Of a stretch of DNA of 64,000 nucleotides, positions 55,918 to 64,000 are shown piece by piece. A program made the translations under genes and the position numbers. The stretch's first letter is position 1. The number at the start of each line of letters is the position of its first letter. Below the pieces are notes generated by a model, which worked only from the letters and a program-made list of their open reading frames with translations, had not been told where the DNA came from and did no database searches. The DNA is from Cyanophyceae cyanobacterium (GTDB taxonomy: Bacteria; Cyanobacteriota; Cyanobacteriia; Cyanobacteriales; Laspinemataceae). The stretch spans positions 1 through 64,000 of the forward strand of contig JBBQFN010000014.1 of the NCBI GenBank assembly GCA_038321985.1, written 5' to 3'.

Positions 55918-56329
55918 CTTGCCTTTTCTCCGTTTTGCATGAATATTACCCCATTATTTTAGCTTGAAATTTAGAGCTTTTGACCCCCTTACCCACAACT
56001 TTAACTGACTAAACTTTGGCAAGGGCAGTATATCCACGGGGAGTTGGTGCTTCTGAATCCCTTCAGTTTGTTTAATTGAAAGTAAATCCCCTCAATAGTC
56101 AAAAAAAATCTATCTCGAACGTCAATAATAGACCTCGGACCGTATTTATAAAACATTTCCAAGTAAAGAGTTCCCCTGGAAAGGGGCGCAACCTAAAAAT
56201 ACCCCCTTCCTTGTAGAGTACCCTTACCCTCTAGAAAAACACCACGCCCACCCCTCCTAGACAGGGACGAATTGTAAAGATTTTTAAGGCGGATCACTCT
56301 TCCCTACAAAGAATGATAAAATCCAAAAT

Positions 56330-56410
56330 TAAGCTAGGGGTGTCCGACTAAAGGGCTGAGAACAAACCCTTAGAACCTGAGTCCGGGTAATACCGGCGGA
56401 GGGAAGCTGT
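56330..56410 (+). ncRNA. TPP (THI-box) riboswitch
   Basis: CTAGGGGTG..GCTGAGA..ACCCTTAGAACCTGA..GGGTAATACC..CGGAGGGAAG immediately upstream of thiC. Confidence 0.95.
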
Positions 56411-56427
56411 TATTTGAGGACTTCAAA

Positions 56428-57801
56428 ATGCGAACAGAATGGGTTGCCAAACGCCAGGGACAGAGTAATGTTACTCAAATGAACTATGCCCGACAAGGCA
56501 TCATCACCGAAGAAATGACCTATGTGGCAAAACGGGAAAATCTCCCGGTTGAGCTAATTCGGGACGAAGTGGCACGAGGACGGATGATTATTCCCGCCAA
56601 CATCAACCACCTCAACCTCGAACCGATGTGCATCGGCATCGCCTCCAAATGTAAAGTTAATGCTAACATTGGGGCATCCCCCAATTCCTCTGATATTAAC
56701 GAAGAATTAGATAAACTCAAACTCTCCGTTAAATATGGTGCCGATACTGTGATGGATTTGTCCACCGGCGGCGGAAATCTAGACGAAATTCGCACCGCCA
56801 TTATTAATATCTCTCCGGTTCCCATCGGCACTGTTCCCATTTACCAAGCCCTAGAAAGTGTGCATGGTAATATGGAAAATCTCACCCCCAATGATTTTCT
56901 ACACATCATTGAAAAACACGCCCAACAAGGTGTGGATTACATGACCATTCACGCCGGGATTTTAATCGAACATCTGCCCTTAGTGAGAAACCGGATTACC
57001 GGCATTGTATCCCGTGGCGGCGGAATTTTAGCCCGGTGGATGTTGCATCACCACAAGCAAAATCCCCTTTATACTCATTTCGATGACATTATCGAAATTT
57101 TCAAAAAATACGACGTTTCCTTTAGTTTAGGAGACTCTCTGCGTCCGGGGTGTCAACATGACGCCTCTGACGAAGCACAACTGGCTGAACTCAAAACCCT
57201 CGGACAACTCACCCGACGCGCTTGGGAACATAATATTCAGGTGATGGTTGAGGGTCCGGGTCATGTGCCAATGGACCAAATTGAATTTAACGTCAAAAAG
57301 CAGATGGAAGAGTGTTCTGAAGCGCCTTTCTATGTGCTGGGTCCTTTGGTAACCGATATTGCGCCAGGATACGACCATATTACCTCGGCGATCGGGGCGG
57401 CAATGGCGGGATGGTACGGAACGGCGATGTTGTGTTACGTCACCCCGAAAGAGCACCTGGGATTACCCAATGCCGAAGATGTGCGAAATGGGTTAATCGC
57501 CTATAAAATCGCCGCCCATGCAGCCGATATCGCACGACATCGCATTGGAGCACGCGATCGCGATGACGAACTGTCTCACGCCCGGTATAACTTCGACTGG
57601 AACCGCCAGTTTGAACTCTCCCTCGACCCCGAACGGGCGAAAGAATACCACGACGAAACGCTCCCCGCAGACATCTACAAAACCGCTGAGTTCTGTTCCA
57701 TGTGCGGTCCTAAATTCTGCCCCATGCAAACTAAAGTAGACGCCGACGCCTTAAGCGAATTAGAGAAGTTCTTAGCGAAAGAACCTGTAACCCAAGGTTA
57801 A
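56428..57801 (+). CDS. thiC: Phosphomethylpyrimidine synthase ThiC
   Basis: [53 protein letters not shown]. Confidence 0.98.
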   Translation: MRTEWVAKRQGQSNVTQMNYARQGIITEEMTYVAKRENLPVELIRDEVARGRMIIPANINHLNLEPMCIGIASKCKVNANIGASPNSSDINEELDKLKLSVKYGADTVMDLSTGGGNLDEIRTAIINISPVPIGTVPIYQALESVHGNMENLTPNDFLHIIEKHAQQGVDYMTIHAGILIEHLPLVRNRITGIVSRGGGILARWMLHHHKQNPLYTHFDDIIEIFKKYDVSFSLGDSLRPGCQHDASDEAQLAELKTLGQLTRRAWEHNIQVMVEGPGHVPMDQIEFNVKKQMEECSEAPFYVLGPLVTDIAPGYDHITSAIGAAMAGWYGTAMLCYVTPKEHLGLPNAEDVRNGLIAYKIAAHAADIARHRIGARDRDDELSHARYNFDWNRQFELSLDPERAKEYHDETLPADIYKTAEFCSMCGPKFCPMQTKVDADALSELEKFLAKEPVTQG

Positions 57802-57812
57802 GAGTAAAATAG

Positions 57813-57840
57813 TAAGGTGGGCAATACCCACCTTATTTTC
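57813..57840 (+). terminator. Hairpin after thiC (terminator or REP-like)
   Basis: TAAGGTGGG-CAATA-CCCACCTTA followed by TTTT. Confidence 0.65.
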
Positions 57841-57969
57841 TGGATAGGTAAATTCAGGACTCTAGTTCAATCTTTTTAAGCCTTAAAATAATTTTCCCCC
57901 TCAAAAAAGCCTTTAATTCTAGCTTATCCCGAACCCCGTAAAATTATTTTTTAAGCGATTAATCCCGGA

Positions 57970-58189
57970 CAATTTTTTTCAGAATTAATCCCCGTCTATC
58001 CAGAAATTAGTAAGGTCAAACCCGGCCTTTCAAGGGTTGCGTGCTCCGGTTGAGTTTTGAATAGAGCTTCTCACTTCGGGCATTACCCACCCTGAGAGCA
58101 TAACCGATTATGAAGACCTGCAACAAACCGATATTTTATCCGCCTTACTATTTGCAGCCCGTTTAGTTCCGGTGACGCGAATTTATTAG
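57970..58189 (+). pseudogene. DUF433-family (antitoxin-like) pseudogene
   Basis: Manual translation PEISKVKPGLQGLRAPVEF*IELLTSGITHPESITDYEDLQQTDILSALLFAARLVPVTRIY* fits the DUF433 pattern. Internal TGA and no start codon. Confidence 0.8.
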
Positions 58190-58560
58190 ATGCGGTTGCG
58201 TGCCGGAGGCATTACCCATCCCCATGACTTTACGCACTCCTTCAATAAGCTACCTCACTCCATCAACTACAGCTATAATAAGCATCTTCTCTACCGAAGT
58301 AACCTCCCGGGACTATCGCGCCACCCTAAATGGCGCTAACCTCTCAAGTAATTCCGGAAGCCAAATGGCACGATTCAGTCACGGATGCCTAGAACCTTTC
58401 ACTGGAGGCGATCGCCAAATTCTAAGTAAATCCAGTAAAATGAAACTCTGACAGCCAACCGAAATAGCCCAGCGGTGACTTGAGTACAAGCGGAGAACAG
58501 CGAAGAATGTCAATCCTGAATCGGCGCAAGAAAAATCTTTTTACCAAAGTAAAAAAAACG

Positions 58561-60207
58561 ATGTTCAGCGCTTTCAAACGGCTAATCAACTGGATCAACC
58601 GCTTTAAGCGAGTGAGAGGGGAGCTCCGAATGCCTTCGCCTATTTTAGCCCCTCCTGGAATGCAATCAGCACCCTTGCCCGAGAATGAAGAGGAAAGACA
58701 GAAAGCACTTGAGCGCTATAACCTTTTAGACAGCGAGACAGAAGCAGCCTTTGAAGACTTAACCGCCTTAGCCGCTTCAATTTGTAACACTCCCATCGCC
58801 CTTGTCAGTCTCATCGACGCCAATCGTCAATGGTTTAAATCCAAAGTGGGTTTAGATGTTTCTGAAACCCCTAGAAATATGTCATTCTGTGCTCATGCGA
58901 TTCTTAATCCCAATGATATCCTCGTTGTACCCAATGCCTTAGAGGATGAGCGTTTCGTTGGCAATCCGCTCGTTACGAAAAATCCCAATATTCGCTTTTA
59001 TGCCGGGACTCCGGTCGTGACTCCAGATGGATTTCCTTTAGGAACTCTTTGTGTCATTGATACCATACCACGAAATCTCACCCCACAGCAATTAGAAGGC
59101 TTGCGATTATTAGGACGACAGGCAATTACGCAAATGGAATTACGACTCCAGGTTCAACGCTTAGAACGGGAAATTTCCCGGGGAAAAGATGTAAAAGCTA
59201 AACTGCGGGCTTCCGACGCGCAAATCGTTGATTCTTTGGAAAATATGAGCGATGCTTTTTTCGCCGTTGATCGCCAGTGGAGGTTTAGTTATGTTAATCA
59301 AAAAGTCGGAGAAATTTTACAAAAGAACCCAGATAAATTGCTAGGAAACAATATGTGGGCCGAATTTCCAGAAACCGTAGGTTCTAAATTTGAGCGAGAG
59401 TACCGCAAAGCTGCCACTGAACAAATCAGCGTCACTTTTGAAGAATATTATCCCGCCTTAAGACGCTGGTTTGAAATTCGAGTTTTTCCCTCTTATGAAG
59501 GGTTATCGGTGTTTTTTCATGAGATTACCAAACGCAAACTTACCGAGGCCGCTCTCCATCGAGAAAAACAAAAAGTAGAGGGGTTATTACTAAATATTTT
59601 ACCCCCCAGTATTGCTAAACAGTTACAGCAAGAGTCGGGTGCGATCGCTGAAAGATTTGAGGCGGTAACGATTTTATTTGCAGATTTAGTAAAATTTACA
59701 GAATTATCGACCCGAGTCTCACCCCAGGAACTGGTTAGCATTCTCAATACCATTGTTTGCAGCTTTGATTTGCTGACCGAAAAACATGGATTAGAGAAAA
59801 TTAAAACCATTGGCGATGCCTACCTGGTGGCCGGTGGTGTTCCTCTCTCACGTCTAGATCATGCCGAGGCGATCGCCGATATGGCCCTGGATATGCAAGC
59901 GGCGATCGAACACTTCAATGCCGAACATCTCACCGAGTTAAACCTGCGGGTTGGAATTAACACCGGACCTGTTGTTGCTGGTGTCATTGGCATTAAAAAA
60001 TTCACCTATGATTTATGGGGAGATGCAGTCAACACAGCCTCTCGCATGGAATCCCACGGAATACCTGGAAAAATTCAGGTCTCCGAAACCACCTATCATT
60101 TATTGCAAAACAAGTATAACTTTGAGGAACGCGGCCTGCTTGAGATTAAAGGCAAAGGAGAAATGAAAACCTATTTTCTCACAGGCCGAAATTCGTCTGC
60201 TTTCTAA
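58561..60207 (+). CDS. Class III adenylate cyclase (GAF-PAS-cyclase)
   Basis: GAF ([16 protein letters not shown]), [38 protein letters not shown] with ATP-specifying K/D. Start uncertain (58480-58660). Confidence 0.9.
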   Translation: MFSAFKRLINWINRFKRVRGELRMPSPILAPPGMQSAPLPENEEERQKALERYNLLDSETEAAFEDLTALAASICNTPIALVSLIDANRQWFKSKVGLDVSETPRNMSFCAHAILNPNDILVVPNALEDERFVGNPLVTKNPNIRFYAGTPVVTPDGFPLGTLCVIDTIPRNLTPQQLEGLRLLGRQAITQMELRLQVQRLEREISRGKDVKAKLRASDAQIVDSLENMSDAFFAVDRQWRFSYVNQKVGEILQKNPDKLLGNNMWAEFPETVGSKFEREYRKAATEQISVTFEEYYPALRRWFEIRVFPSYEGLSVFFHEITKRKLTEAALHREKQKVEGLLLNILPPSIAKQLQQESGAIAERFEAVTILFADLVKFTELSTRVSPQELVSILNTIVCSFDLLTEKHGLEKIKTIGDAYLVAGGVPLSRLDHAEAIADMALDMQAAIEHFNAEHLTELNLRVGINTGPVVAGVIGIKKFTYDLWGDAVNTASRMESHGIPGKIQVSETTYHLLQNKYNFEERGLLEIKGKGEMKTYFLTGRNSSAF

Positions 60208-60384
60208 ATGTTCCCCCATCCTCTTAGCAGTTGCCTCCCCCCTGAGCCATTCCAGGCCCGATTCAACATTTCCCGCGAATTGTAAAGAAATATTAAAAAT
60301 TTCCTTTGCTCCGAAAAATGTGATTTTTCTTTAGGCAGCGGGAATAGTAGAGATTGACAGAGGGCGACATCGGGGCTCCCGTAA

Positions 60385-60544
60385 AACAGGGACCTCGAAC
60401 TCTACCCGAATATCCACATCACTTTCTGTTGTAGCGTCATCTCCCGCGACCGAACGAACCAAAGAGTGCCAGAGAGCAAACGCCTAATTCTTGCAGTTTC
60501 GGCAAGGATTCCTTTAATATTGAAATAGCCCGATCGCGCTTCAT
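60385..60544 (-). pseudogene. Minimal nucleotidyltransferase (MNT antitoxin) pseudogene
   Basis: ATG at 60544 gives MKRDRAISILKESLPKLQELGVCSLALFGS. A 4-bp tandem duplication (CGAACGAA, 60451-60458) shifts the frame; removing it yields GSVAGDDATTESDVDIRVEFE. Confidence 0.82.
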
Positions 60545-60715
60545 CTGTTGTTTGACTGGTTTTATTAACGAGTATAAACCGACTTGCTCTTGCAGCCAAT
60601 ACAGAACAGAAAAAACCCTCTTTTTTTCCCTTAGAGCGATCGCCTTTTTCTACAGGCGATCGCATCTTTACCCTCTCACTTTATCTCACATTTAATCCCC
60701 ACTGTTCTAGCTCAC

Positions 60716-61336
60716 TTACAATCCCAACTCCTGATAGCGGGCTTGAATCTGGACAATGGTAAAAACTGCCCGAAACTTTAATCCCTCTTTTTGATATAAC
60801 TCGGCCCCGCCTTGTTCTCGATCGACTAGGGAAATCACTTCTTCTACTTTGTACCCGGCATCGCGCAAACGGTGAACCGCTTTCATGGCGGAGGCCCCGG
60901 TGGTGACCACATCTTCTAAGACAACGACTTGGGTCCCAGGAGCCAGTTCGGGTCCCTCGATATAGGCTTGGGTGCCATGTCCCTTGGCTTCTTTGCGAAC
61001 AATTAGGGCCGGAATCGGGCGGTTTTCGTAGGCAGAGATGACGCTGACGGCGGTTACAATCGGGTCAGCGCCCAAGGTTAACCCGGCAACTGCCAGGGTT
61101 TCTGAGGAGAGCATGGAGAATAACACTTGACCCGTGAGGAGTGCGCCGATGGGGTGTAGGGTGACTTGTTTGCCATTAATATAGTAGCGGCTGCTCTGGC
61201 CGGAGGATAGGGTGAAGTCTCCCTCTCGATAGGCTAACTGGCAGAGTAAATCGAGAAGCTGTTGGCGTTGGACGTTTAAATGGGCAGGGGTAGTTGAGGC
61301 CGATGTCTGTGACGGCCCTTGAGTAATCTCGGTCAT
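60716..61336 (-). CDS. pyrE: Orotate phosphoribosyltransferase
   Basis: GDFTLSSGQSSRYYIN, VRKEAKGHG, VVVLEDVVTTGAS. Confidence 0.95.
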   Translation of the reverse strand: MTEITQGPSQTSASTTPAHLNVQRQQLLDLLCQLAYREGDFTLSSGQSSRYYINGKQVTLHPIGALLTGQVLFSMLSSETLAVAGLTLGADPIVTAVSVISAYENRPIPALIVRKEAKGHGTQAYIEGPELAPGTQVVVLEDVVTTGASAMKAVHRLRDAGYKVEEVISLVDREQGGAELYQKEGLKFRAVFTIVQIQARYQELGL

Positions 61337-61430
61337 GGTTAATTGTAGTGACAGGAGCAAAATTTCAGCAGATAATTATCTTATCGTGGAAGTTGAGCTA
61401 ATATCGAGCCAAAAGGTGAGGAGAAAATTC

Positions 61431-61835
61431 ATGAGACTCCAGTTAAAAACCGCGATCGGGGCGGTGGTCCTCCTAGGTGCGTCTGTGGTGGTGACACCAG
61501 AGGCAGTCGCCCAAAGCCAACCTCGAAGCATTTCTGAACAATTTGAGCGGGCTTTCTTTCGTAGTTCTGATACGTTTTACCAGAATCGCTCAATTTTTGA
61601 CCAAATCAGTTTTTATCTGCTGCCGACGACTTACCCAGAAAGACAAGCAGAACGGGACGCGGAACGGGTAAACAAGCTCTATCAGGCCGTCATGGAGGTT
61701 CAAACCTCTAGCGACCCCATTATTAGAACCCCGGATTTGACGAACCCGTTTAACGAGTCTTTGCAGACGATGCCCAGTTACACTCCCAGCGGAATCCCTT
61801 TTAATCCTCTCAACGAAATCCTGCCCCTGCGTTAA
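61431..61835 (+). CDS. Hypothetical exported protein
   Basis: RBS GAGGAG, signal peptide ending AVA-Q, and a C-terminal PIIRTPDLTNPFNESL motif of the kind seen in small cyanobacterial proteins. Confidence 0.72.
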   Translation: MRLQLKTAIGAVVLLGASVVVTPEAVAQSQPRSISEQFERAFFRSSDTFYQNRSIFDQISFYLLPTTYPERQAERDAERVNKLYQAVMEVQTSSDPIIRTPDLTNPFNESLQTMPSYTPSGIPFNPLNEILPLR

Positions 61836-61916
61836 GCAGTGAGGCAGGATCTATCTCTTCCTGGCGATCGCCAGGGAGAGGTGGGGTTCGTTCCCGAGTG
61901 GCCCTATGTTTTTAAA

Positions 61917-61989
61917 TCGGCAGTGCAGGAGTTGAACCTGCCTAAGGCGAATTATGAGTTCGCTGCCTCATCCGCTCGGCCAACTGCCG
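61917..61989 (-). tRNA. trnI: tRNA with CAT anticodon, most likely tRNA-Ile2 (lysidine)
   Basis: 73-nt cloverleaf CGGCAGT..GCGAA CTCATAA TTCGC..GCAGG TTCAACT CCTGC ACTGCCG A. It lacks initiator features and resembles plastid trnI-CAU. Confidence 0.88.
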
Positions 61990-62348
61990 CCTTTTTTCTT
62001 GATTGTAGCAGACCCAGGGTTGAGTCGTACCGGAATTTGCGCCCCCGATTCACCCGAAAACTCGGGACTCGTGGGTGAAGCAACAGATCGTTAGTGAAAA
62101 TTGTAACCCGCAGGGGTGTAACCTGTCTAGGGGTGTGCGCGTAGAGATGATCGGTTTGGACAAAAAAACTCGCAACGGATTCTTCTAGATCCAGATGTAA
62201 TAAAAAAGATAGGGATTAAAATCGAGAGGCCTGGACTTATGGAGGGCGATCGCAATTTTCCCCCCGGGAAACGCGAGGCGCTCTTGAAGCTAGAAAAATG
62301 AGTCAGGAAGAACGGCGATCGCCCAGAGAAAGAGAAAAAATACTAACT

Positions 62349-63035
62349 ATGAAAGTCAACCCCACTGTCGTCCTTACGTTTTTGCTGTTATCCATGATGT
62401 TTGGTGCCGGTGCACTGAGTGCATCCCTCGGGTTAGAGTTAGGCAAAGCCGCGCTCAAGGAAGTGACCCAGCCAGACGTTCGTCCCACCACCTCCGGAGA
62501 GTCCAATTCAGGAGCTACAACAAGGGGTAAAGGTCTTAAGCTCTTGAAAGAAGACGAAATTATTAAGACCGTTAAGACGAGAATGTCGGGCAAAGAAGTC
62601 GAACCGGAACCAGCACAAACGAAAGCAGTGGAAGCCGAAGCCGATAAGTCCGCTGAAGCCAAGGCCGCCGAAGAAGCAAAGAAAGATGAACGGTTTCCGA
62701 TCGTCACCAAAGACCAGGACGTGAGCTTGGAGGTAACCGGAGTGCGCCGAGAAGGTTCCTCTCTGTTGCTAGAGGTCAAATTAAAGAATGCAGGTTCCAG
62801 GTCGGTCCAGTTTCTTTACAGTTTCCTGAATGTGACCGATGATAAGGGGCGATCGCTCAGTGCCACAACGGAAGGATTGCCCGGAGATCTGCCCCCGGGT
62901 AATGAGAGCTATTCTGGAACAGTCAGCATTCCTACGGCGTTGCTCGATAATGCTCAGAAGCTGTCCGTAACCCTAACAGATTATCCCGATCAGGAGCTGG
63001 AACTGAAAATGGCGGATATTCCCGTTACCCCCTAG
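62349..63035 (+). CDS. Hypothetical membrane-anchored protein
   Basis: N-terminal TM, charged linker, and beta-rich C domain (VQFLYSFLNVTDD.GR.LSA.TEGLP). Alternative start at 62298. Confidence 0.78.
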   Translation: MKVNPTVVLTFLLLSMMFGAGALSASLGLELGKAALKEVTQPDVRPTTSGESNSGATTRGKGLKLLKEDEIIKTVKTRMSGKEVEPEPAQTKAVEAEADKSAEAKAAEEAKKDERFPIVTKDQDVSLEVTGVRREGSSLLLEVKLKNAGSRSVQFLYSFLNVTDDKGRSLSATTEGLPGDLPPGNESYSGTVSIPTALLDNAQKLSVTLTDYPDQELELKMADIPVTP

Positions 63036-63333
63036 ACTCCGGGCTATTTTCACGATGCAGCCGGTCTGAATCAGCGGCAACATCTCGATCCAAGTTAGGG
63101 GGATTTTCTGGGGTGGAGACCGGGTGCTGGGGATCGGAAACTGGTTTTTTGAGGTAAATTTGGGGCTAAAATTAGGCGGTTTTGGAGCCCACCTCGATTT
63201 TATGTACAAAACCAATTGAGTTCTCGGTGGGTACGCCTGGGTACAAATCTGTCAGAATTAAAGCGGGTAATTGAATGTTTCAAAATGAGTTGCGGTGGTG
63301 CGTTCTTTAAGCTATTTTTTTGCGTTAGGTGGG

Positions 63334-64000
63334 ATGGTGACCCTCACCGTTGTAGGCTTGCAATCGGATAGTAGTCTAGCGAGTAGTGTAGCTACTGTGG
63401 TCCCGGGGAATTCCCTGGAGACCTGGCAAGACATTGCACTGCGATTACTGGCGGTATTTGGACTGATTGCCATTAATGCTTTTTTCGTGACTACGGAATT
63501 TGCGATCGTTTCCGTGCGGCGATCGCGGATCAATCATTTGGCCGACAATGGCGACCTTCAGGCCCTCATTGTCCAACATCTCCATCGGAATATCGAGCGA
63601 CTGCTTTCGACGACTCAGTTAGGGATTACGTTATCGAGTCTAGCTCTAGGCTGGATTGGCGAAAATACGATGGCGGTTTTAGTCGCCGACTGGATCGCGC
63701 GCTTGCCCATCCGAGCCGATATTACCCAAGTCATGGCTCATTCCCTGGCAATCCCGATCGCCTTTTTAATTGTGGCTTACCTGCAAATTGTCCTTGGCGA
63801 ATTATGCCCGAAAACCTTGGCGTTACTCTATTCGGAGCAACTGGCAAGACTCCTTGGCCCCCCGAGTTTGGCGATCGCCCGATTTTTTCACCCCTTTATC
63901 TGGATCCTAGACCGCTCGACCCGGTGGCTGCTGAGTCTGGCGGGTATTCGCTTTAACTCTCACGCTTGGTCCAATCGCATCACCCCGGAAGAGTTACAGT
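63334..64000 (+). CDS. Hemolysin/CorC (CNNM, DUF21-CBS) family membrane protein, 3' truncated by window
   Basis: Manual translation gives LIAINAFFVTTEFAIVSVRRSRI, LSTTQLGITLSSLALGWIGE, LQIVLGELCPK. The ORF is absent from the track because it has no stop in the window. Confidence 0.9.
   Translation, partial: MVTLTVVGLQSDSSLASSVATVVPGNSLETWQDIALRLLAVFGLIAINAFFVTTEFAIVSVRRSRINHLADNGDLQALIVQHLHRNIERLLSTTQLGITLSSLALGWIGENTMAVLVADWIARLPIRADITQVMAHSLAIPIAFLIVAYLQIVLGELCPKTLALLYSEQLARLLGPPSLAIARFFHPFIWILDRSTRWLLSLAGIRFNSHAWSNRITPEELQ

Larger units (their letters stand above)
1..64000. repeat. HIP1 octamer GCGATCGC dispersed throughout
   Basis: Dozens of copies in coding and non-coding DNA (e.g. 8, 123, 253, 1184). 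Confidence 0.95.

Noticed and set aside
60402..60665. 87-aa minus-strand ORF
   Set aside because: It is an off-frame reading across the MNT pseudogene.
61839..62078. 79-aa ORF
   Set aside because: It is antisense to the tRNA(CAT) and has no protein features.

Overview
A chromosomal segment from a cyanobacterium, probably filamentous and Oscillatoriales-like. This assignment rests on very abundant HIP1 GCGATCGC octamers, chlI, and an expanded signalling repertoire. Housekeeping genes (chlI, ruvC, holB, glcE/glcF, murD, glyS, an EF-G paralogue, TPP riboswitch-thiC, pyrE, tRNA-Leu(TAG), tRNA-Ile2(CAT)) alternate with two dense signalling blocks. Block 1 (12-23.5 kb, minus strand) runs PhnD-like binding protein, HAMP hybrid kinase, REC-kinase, then a Ser/Thr kinase-AAA-GAF-His kinase gene that a 1029-bp IS5-family element has split cleanly. 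Block 2 (34.4-55.9 kb) holds two convergent chemosensory clusters. In the minus-strand cluster (cheY-cheW-mcp-mcp-cheA-cheW), one chemoreceptor joins an ethylene-receptor-like (ETR1-type) membrane domain that lacks the Cu-ligand Cys to a PAS array ending in an Aer/NifL-like PAS; its tandem paralogue has what looks like a more degenerate version of the same membrane domain. This cluster is the best candidate for an undescribed system. Also present are an intact MazF/PemK-type toxin-antitoxin (TA) pair beside a tRNA, two TA pseudogenes missed by the ORF track that flank an adenylate cyclase gene, and several REP-like palindromes. All calls come from motif recognition by eye; no database searches were run.
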